64,000 nucleotides of DNA from a virus: UHGV virus genome UHGV-0039337, one strand, 5' to 3'. The number at the start of each line of letters is the position of its first letter. The first letter of the stretch is position 1. The position numbers and the translations under genes are program-made. The notes under the pieces are model-generated. The model was not told where the DNA came from and did not search any database. It was given only the letters and a program-made list of their open reading frames with translations. Below are positions 57,975 to 64,000 of this stretch, piece after piece.

Positions 57975-59249
57975 TATATGAGTGAAGCAGACTTTGACTC
58001 TGTTATGATAATAGCTGGTGAACGTCCTGAAATACGTACTGTTATGAGTTCGACTCCTACTGGAAAACGTTCTAAATTTTATCAAGCATGTACAGATCCA
58101 GCTATGGGCTTTAAAGAGCATTTTCATCCTTCTACTCATAATCCAAACTGGAATGACGAAATGGAAGCAGAATTTAGAGCGCAGTTATCTGAACAAGGTT
58201 ATGTTCATGAAGTTGAAGCTGAATTTGGTGTACAAAATACAGGTGTATTTGATAAAGATAGAGTCGACGAAGCTAAAGAATTTTATAATTATGCATATGC
58301 TCCTCTTAACTATTATCAAGAAAATGCAATTAAACATGGAGACATAGCACCACCAGACATGCTACTTTATGATAGAAAAAATCCTGCACCATATAACAGA
58401 TTTAGAACTATTGGAGTAGACTTTGATAAGTATCAAGATACTAGTAGTATTATAGTTTTAGAATTTAACGAAACTTTTAAGAAATTCATGGTATTAAAAG
58501 CATATAACATACCACGTTCTGAATATAGCTATGATATGGCTGTTAAAACTATAATAGAACTTAATTATATATATAATCCAGCAAGAATATATTGTGACAG
58601 AGGAAATGGTGAATACCAAATAGAACAGCTATGTATTTATGGAAAAGAACATCCAGAAACAAGATTACATGAAAAAGTCAAAGGTTATCAATTTTCTCAA
58701 AAGCTTGACATAGAAAATCCTGTTACAGGTGAAATAACAAAAGAACCTATTAAACCATTTATGGTAACTCAATTACAAATAGCTTTTGAAAGAAATCAGT
58801 TAATTATATCCAAATATGATGAAAAGTTTTATAAACAGTTAATAGATTATGAAGTAGTTAATAGAGCGAAAAATGGTAATCCTATTTTTTCTGATACTAA
58901 TGAACATTTTATTGATGCATTAGGATTAGCATATTTAGCTATGACTCTTACTTTTAAACAGTTAACTGGAGTAATGAAAGAAAGAGAAGTAGCTAATAAA
59001 ATAATGATGAGTGCGCGTCATTTAATATCAAATGAAAAGGCTATTAATGCTATTAATAGATCTCAAGAAATTAAACCTGAGATACAAAGTTTTTATGAGA
59101 ATTATCAAAAAGACGAACATCCAGATGAACAACAAAGATGGGTCAAAACTGATTTTAGTACTTATTTTAAAGGTAATGATGATTATAGAGGCGGAAGATC
59201 ATCTTCTGCATGGTCACGTTCTGGTGGCCTAGGGGGATGGAAAAGATAA
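57975..59249 (+). CDS. terL: terminase large subunit, exon 2 (ATPase motif III plus C-terminal nuclease domain)
   Basis: MSSTPTGKRSKFY aligns with gp17 ITTTPNGLNHFY; downstream acidic nuclease-domain residues; reading frame is open from 57966. Confidence 0.8.
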   Translation, partial: YMSEADFDSVMIIAGERPEIRTVMSSTPTGKRSKFYQACTDPAMGFKEHFHPSTHNPNWNDEMEAEFRAQLSEQGYVHEVEAEFGVQNTGVFDKDRVDEAKEFYNYAYAPLNYYQENAIKHGDIAPPDMLLYDRKNPAPYNRFRTIGVDFDKYQDTSSIIVLEFNETFKKFMVLKAYNIPRSEYSYDMAVKTIIELNYIYNPARIYCDRGNGEYQIEQLCIYGKEHPETRLHEKVKGYQFSQKLDIENPVTGEITKEPIKPFMVTQLQIAFERNQLIISKYDEKFYKQLIDYEVVNRAKNGNPIFSDTNEHFIDALGLAYLAMTLTFKQLTGVMKEREVANKIMMSARHLISNEKAINAINRSQEIKPEIQSFYENYQKDEHPDEQQRWVKTDFSTYFKGNDDYRGGRSSSAWSRSGGLGGWKR

Positions 59250-59271
59250 CTAAAACTGGAGGTGAGATTAT

Positions 59272-60663
59272 ATGAGTAAGCAACGTATTGATTATAGACC
59301 TAATATTAAATACATTCCTGATTATCAAACAGATGGAATAAACATTAACGAACAAAATATAGATATTAGCACGCAAAAAAATAAACAACCGTTAGATACG
59401 CAATCAGTACCAGAAATAGAAGATAATATATCATATTTAGATTCAATAATCAAATTCTTACCTGCAGATTTATCTATGGCCATAAAAGAAGTATATGATC
59501 CTGTACGTGATATATTTTATAATACACTAATAGATAAAATAGTAGATCCTAATCCTCATAAACCTGAAATAATAATAAAACCAGATAAACCTCCTGACGG
59601 AGGAGGAGATAAACCTAGCAAGCCGCCAGGTGGAGGAGATAAGCCAGGGTCAGATGATAATAAAAATATTGTGCATCCTATAATTTTACGTCCTATCAAA
59701 GGTAATGATAAAGATGATGACGATCATGATGATGACAATAAAAGCATTTATCCAATTATTCTTCATCCAATAAATCTAAAAGATCCTGATAAAGATCCTG
59801 ATCCTGGACAAAAGCCTGATGAAGATAATAAAGATAAAGCTATATATCCTATTATATTAAAGCCCATATTAGATAGCACTACAAATCCTGACGATGACAA
59901 TGATAATGATAATATCGAATCGCCATATCCAATAATATTGTATCCTATTTATGAATATACAGATGATGACAATGATGATAACAATAAAAAAGACGATAAT
60001 AATAAAGATAACGATAATGACGATGACAATGATGATGAAGACGATGAAGGAGATATTGGCTTATGGGATCCTCCAAATATAAAAATTAAGTATCTGTATC
60101 CTGAACTAAATGATGCAATTGATAGAGAATTTGTATATCTGTTAACTAAATTACTTAAGCATTATACAGGTAAGTTAAAAGATATTCTTAACAACTATTA
60201 TTTTAATACTATGAGACAGTATATTGAACAAGACGAAGAAAATATTAAATTTATATCTAATAAGCTAAAAGTAACAAGTAATGATATATTGAACCATTCA
60301 AAACACTTATTAGATTCATCAGTTAAAAATGAAAATGTTGCAGCGTTAAGAACGGAATTTTTTATAAATGTTTTTACTATAAGAGATACGGCAATTCATA
60401 TTAGAAGCTTTTACGTTTCTCATGAGCTACGTAAACGTTATACAAATATTAAGTATTCAAAGGGAAAAAGTATGGCTAATTCTATGAGCGATTCTATTCT
60501 TACAAAACTTCATGCACAATATGAATTGCAATATAGAAGAGACTTTGAGAATCTGTTTAGATATTTAGAGTCTTCTTTAAAAGTAACTGAAGATATATTA
60601 AGATTGTACATACAAGATGGATTAAGTAAATCCACAATCATTAAGAAGGGCGGTATTAAATAA
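59272..60663 (+). CDS. 463-aa protein with five tandem (I/Y)YPIILxPI repeats separated by D/N/K-rich linkers
   Basis: GGAGGTGAG RBS; repeats IVHPIILRPI, IYPIILHPI, IYPIILKPI, PYPIILYPI. Confidence 0.5.
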   Translation: MSKQRIDYRPNIKYIPDYQTDGININEQNIDISTQKNKQPLDTQSVPEIEDNISYLDSIIKFLPADLSMAIKEVYDPVRDIFYNTLIDKIVDPNPHKPEIIIKPDKPPDGGGDKPSKPPGGGDKPGSDDNKNIVHPIILRPIKGNDKDDDDHDDDNKSIYPIILHPINLKDPDKDPDPGQKPDEDNKDKAIYPIILKPILDSTTNPDDDNDNDNIESPYPIILYPIYEYTDDDNDDNNKKDDNNKDNDNDDDNDDEDDEGDIGLWDPPNIKIKYLYPELNDAIDREFVYLLTKLLKHYTGKLKDILNNYYFNTMRQYIEQDEENIKFISNKLKVTSNDILNHSKHLLDSSVKNENVAALRTEFFINVFTIRDTAIHIRSFYVSHELRKRYTNIKYSKGKSMANSMSDSILTKLHAQYELQYRRDFENLFRYLESSLKVTEDILRLYIQDGLSKSTIIKKGGIK

Positions 60664-60977
60664 TGAAATTAGAACCATTAGGAGATAATATTATAATTGA
60701 ATTAGATGAAATTAAAAAAAGTAAAGAGAAAACATTAAAATCAGGTTTGATAATTCCACCAGCAAATATATCAGATCAAGAAGCACGACAAGATATGGCT
60801 ACTGTTGTAGCAGTCGGTGAGGGACGAATGCTAAACAATGGTAGATTAATACCTTTAAAAGTAAAACCTGGAAGCAGAGTTTTATTTAATAAATATGCTG
60901 GTACTCAATTAGTTAAAGATGATAAAACATACTTAATATTAAAAGAATGTGATATATTAGCTATTATAAAAGACTAA
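60663..60977 (+). CDS. groES: GroES-type co-chaperonin (Cpn10 / T4 gp31 functional analogue)
   Basis: Full-length alignment to GroES: MKLEPLGDNIIIE, SGLIIP, mobile-loop region, VVAVGEGR, GSRVLFNKYAGT, DILAII. Confidence 0.8.
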   Translation: MKLEPLGDNIIIELDEIKKSKEKTLKSGLIIPPANISDQEARQDMATVVAVGEGRMLNNGRLIPLKVKPGSRVLFNKYAGTQLVKDDKTYLILKECDILAIIKD

Positions 60978-60995
60978 TAAATAAGGAGGTTTCGC

Positions 60996-63068
60996 ATGTT
61001 CAAATTACCTTGGCGACAAAACACCTCTAATAACTTACCTTTAAAAGAGTCTGATATTCAATTACCAAAAAAAAGATCTACCATTAGTGATTTAATAATG
61101 AAAATTAAAGCCGTTGGTTATATAAACAATAATACGTATAGACGTGAAAAGTTTCAAAGATGTGAATATAATCTTTCTGAAATTAGAGATGCTAGTGAAG
61201 CAGATTCATATGTGAAAATAGCATTAACTAAATATTCGTATATGATTTATAAAGCAGGTTGGACACTTAAAAGTGAAAATCAAGAGGCTATTGATTATAT
61301 CTTATATAGATGGCGTTTAATGTCTTATCAAACAGATAAACCTATGGATATATTGTTTCAAGAATTAGCTGATGATTTAGTTCGCTATTCTAATGCTTTT
61401 TTAATTAAAGCTAGGGTAGATAGAATGCCTCCTAGTTGTAAAGTTAAAGCTTCTGGAACGGATTCTACAGGAAGACCGGTTGGTGGATATTTTAGAGTAG
61501 ATCCTTCAAGTGTTAAAATAAAAAGAGATAAACATGGAAATATTTTAAAATACGAACAAGGTCGTGGACAAGATAAAAAACAATGGAGTAAAGAAGACGT
61601 AATACATATTTATATGGACAAAGATGGAAATAATGCATACGGTACTCCTAGAATAATAGCAGCACTTGATGATGTTAAATTGTTAAGAAAAATAGAAGGT
61701 AATATGGTTGCTTTGATCCATAGATTTAGTATGCCGCTTTATCATTGGAAAATAGGTATTCCACAAGCTGGATTTCAAGCTTCTGATCCTGAAATTCAAA
61801 AAGCTAAAAGAGAAATAGAAGGCAGTTCACTTGATGGCTTAATTATTACAAATGAAAAAACTGAAATAAAAGCTATAGGATCTGAAGGTTCAGCTATGAA
61901 TATGGCTCCTTATCTTGAATATCTAGAAAATAGAGTATTTAGTGCACTTGGAGTATCTGCTTCTCAAATGGGTAGAGGTGGAGCTAAGCAAGATGCAGAT
62001 AGTATGGAACAACAAATACATGATACTGTTAAATATATTCAAAGAATGCTTTCTAAGTTCATAGAACATGGAATAATAAATGAACTATTAGCAGAAGGAG
62101 GATTTGATATATTTGATCCTAAAAACGAAGTTCAATATGTATTTGAAGAAATATCTCTTGAAACTAAAATCAAGAAAGAAAATCACGAAATGCTTAAATG
62201 GCAATCTAATGTTACTACTTTTGAAGAAGGTAGACGTAGAATGGGATTACGTGATGTTCCTGAAGATGAAGAAAGATTATTCCAACGTATGATTTCTGAT
62301 AAGTCTAGTATAGATCAAATAGACAGAAATGGTGAATGGCAAGAAAAACTTGCTCATATAAATGTAGCAAGTAAAGCAGCTAATTCATCATCTAATGGTA
62401 CATCTACTAGTAAATCGAAAGCGAGAAATACATCTGGAAAAAAGCAACCTAATAAAGCGGCTACAAATAATAATAGACCACAGAATCAACACGGTACTAC
62501 TAGCGTAAAAGTTAAAGAATCAGTTGACTCTGACCATAATACAAGTTTATTGTATAGAATTTATTATAACATACCAGAGCTTAATGAGCATAATACAAAA
62601 AATTATCAGATGATTTTATTTAATGAAATTGAAAGAATTATAAATACAACAGCTTTAGAAGCTATGAATGATGCAATAATAGAAATAAATAGTAGTTATG
62701 ATGATGATTATTACTGTTTACCTAATCTAAACATAAATCATTCATCAATCAACAAAAACTTAAAAGACGATATAGCTTATTTATTAAATTGTATTAAAGA
62801 AGAATCAAAAAGCAATAAAAATATAAATGATTGCTTGCTAAATAATTCATCTATGCTTGGCGATATAGTTAACTATTATTGTCAAAAAATATACAATTAT
62901 TCTTTTATTCAAACAGGTAAATATATAGATGTAAATACTATCTATATCAAATTAAATAATTCTAATAAATTTAAAGAAGCTAATGTTGATGATTTTACAT
63001 TAGCATCAATGTTTGATTCAGCATATGACAATTGCGTGTTAACTTACGACAAAAGTGAGGTGAGATAA
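60996..63068 (+). CDS. probable portal protein (690 aa)
   Basis: AAGGAGG RBS; size and position immediately after terL/groES; homology not verifiable by eye. Confidence 0.4.
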   Translation: MFKLPWRQNTSNNLPLKESDIQLPKKRSTISDLIMKIKAVGYINNNTYRREKFQRCEYNLSEIRDASEADSYVKIALTKYSYMIYKAGWTLKSENQEAIDYILYRWRLMSYQTDKPMDILFQELADDLVRYSNAFLIKARVDRMPPSCKVKASGTDSTGRPVGGYFRVDPSSVKIKRDKHGNILKYEQGRGQDKKQWSKEDVIHIYMDKDGNNAYGTPRIIAALDDVKLLRKIEGNMVALIHRFSMPLYHWKIGIPQAGFQASDPEIQKAKREIEGSSLDGLIITNEKTEIKAIGSEGSAMNMAPYLEYLENRVFSALGVSASQMGRGGAKQDADSMEQQIHDTVKYIQRMLSKFIEHGIINELLAEGGFDIFDPKNEVQYVFEEISLETKIKKENHEMLKWQSNVTTFEEGRRRMGLRDVPEDEERLFQRMISDKSSIDQIDRNGEWQEKLAHINVASKAANSSSNGTSTSKSKARNTSGKKQPNKAATNNNRPQNQHGTTSVKVKESVDSDHNTSLLYRIYYNIPELNEHNTKNYQMILFNEIERIINTTALEAMNDAIIEINSSYDDDYYCLPNLNINHSSINKNLKDDIAYLLNCIKEESKSNKNINDCLLNNSSMLGDIVNYYCQKIYNYSFIQTGKYIDVNTIYIKLNNSNKFKEANVDDFTLASMFDSAYDNCVLTYDKSEVR

Positions 63069-64000
63069 TGGCAATAGAAATAAAAGAATATGTTGGGTTC
63101 TCATGCTCTAATACTACCAAAAATAATGGTATTCTTATTCAAGAATCTATGACAGCTACAGCAACTCCTCAACAAATGATATCTCCGGATTCACTTATGG
63201 TAGAAATAGAAGGTGTACATAGTGATGTATTAACTATCAACTGTACTAAATATACTGAAGGATGTTTAAAGAGATCATTACCTTATTGGACTAGTCCTTA
63301 TGAAAGACCTGTTATAATGCATCACAATGATGAAGATGGTAAAATAATAGGTAGAGTTAAAAAAGTAGAAATGATAGATAGTAAAAGAAGTGGCACACCT
63401 GCTATTAACTTTACTTGTAATATAGGTGATGAAAACGGAGTTAAAGGAATTAAAAATGGTACTTTGTCAACAGTATCTATAGGAGCTATAGGATATGACG
63501 TAACGTGTTCTATATGTGGCGCTAATGTTGCTGAATGCGATTGCGGACACAAAAAAGGACGCATGTATGATGGTAAACTATGTTATTGGACAATTGAAAA
63601 CATGGAGCCAAGAGAAGTAAGTTATGTAATACTTCCTTCTGATGAATACGCTCAAACTATGAAGGTATACAAACCTGGTAAAAAAGAACTTAAAGAATCG
63701 GTCGAGGTGAAAGAAGATATGTCAGTATGCGATGAATTAATAAGACATCTAACTGAAAGCGTTGAAAAAGACGATAGCAACAATGATCAAGTTAAAATTG
63801 ACGAAACTGTTGAAGATGACGTAAAAGACGATAAAGCAGTTGAAGATGACAAAAAAGACAACTTAGAAGATAAAGTTGAAGATAAAGTTGAAGATAAAGT
63901 TGAAGAAGACGAAAAAGAAAAAGAACCTGAAGTTGAAGATAAAACAGAAGATAAAGTAGAAGAAGACGAAAAAGAAAAAGAACCTGAAGTTGAAGATAAA
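63068..64000 (+). CDS. head-morphogenesis protein (protease/scaffold-like), 3' end truncated by the window
   Basis: GTGAGGTGAG RBS; Cys/His cluster CSICGANVAECDCGHKKG; C-terminal acidic tandem repeats encoded by 63-bp DNA repeats. Confidence 0.3.
   Translation, partial: MAIEIKEYVGFSCSNTTKNNGILIQESMTATATPQQMISPDSLMVEIEGVHSDVLTINCTKYTEGCLKRSLPYWTSPYERPVIMHHNDEDGKIIGRVKKVEMIDSKRSGTPAINFTCNIGDENGVKGIKNGTLSTVSIGAIGYDVTCSICGANVAECDCGHKKGRMYDGKLCYWTIENMEPREVSYVILPSDEYAQTMKVYKPGKKELKESVEVKEDMSVCDELIRHLTESVEKDDSNNDQVKIDETVEDDVKDDKAVEDDKKDNLEDKVEDKVEDKVEEDEKEKEPEVEDKTEDKVEEDEKEKEPEVEDK

Overview
AT-rich (about 27-30% GC) tailed-phage or prophage DNA, probably from a phage of a low-GC, spore-forming Firmicute; the host inference rests on codon usage and on sporulation-type genes (YyaC-like, CwlD-like amidase). 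Bases 1-49200 are a long leftward block of about 100 mostly small genes that looks like an early/accessory region. It contains an AAA+ ATPase, a RecA-like P-loop ATPase, a metallophosphoesterase, an S51-type peptidase, a secreted Amidase_3, a GH13 glycosidase, a YyaC-like protein, an AP2-domain protein, several paralog families, and an ISL3-family insertion sequence that encloses a YopX-like gene. At 36.9-47.2 kb a set of larger, strongly expressed genes (probably virion or late genes) each follow a recurring motif, ATAGTC-N4-GACTTTAAA-N4-8-GGAGG-ATG, which I interpret as a phage-specific late promoter. One of these genes encodes a 727-aa protein with a DFDGDD motif, a possible non-canonical RNA polymerase subunit. 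Bases 49300-64000 are a rightward morphogenesis operon: a small ATPase (possible small terminase), a T4 gp17-type large terminase, a repeat protein, a GroES homologue, a probable portal, and a partial protease/scaffold-like gene. The large terminase gene is interrupted twice: by an in-frame intein with a LAGLIDADG domain inside the Walker A P-loop, and by a group I intron carrying a free-standing LAGLIDADG homing endonuclease ORF. Other unusual features are a 400-bp GC-rich repeat and hairpin element at 41.5-41.9 kb (three 27-nt repeats, cUUCGg hairpins), two GC-elevated ORF-free regions that may encode structured RNAs, an (ATT)16 microsatellite, and a tiny pentapeptide-repeat ORF. I found no CRISPR array, rRNA or convincing tRNA.
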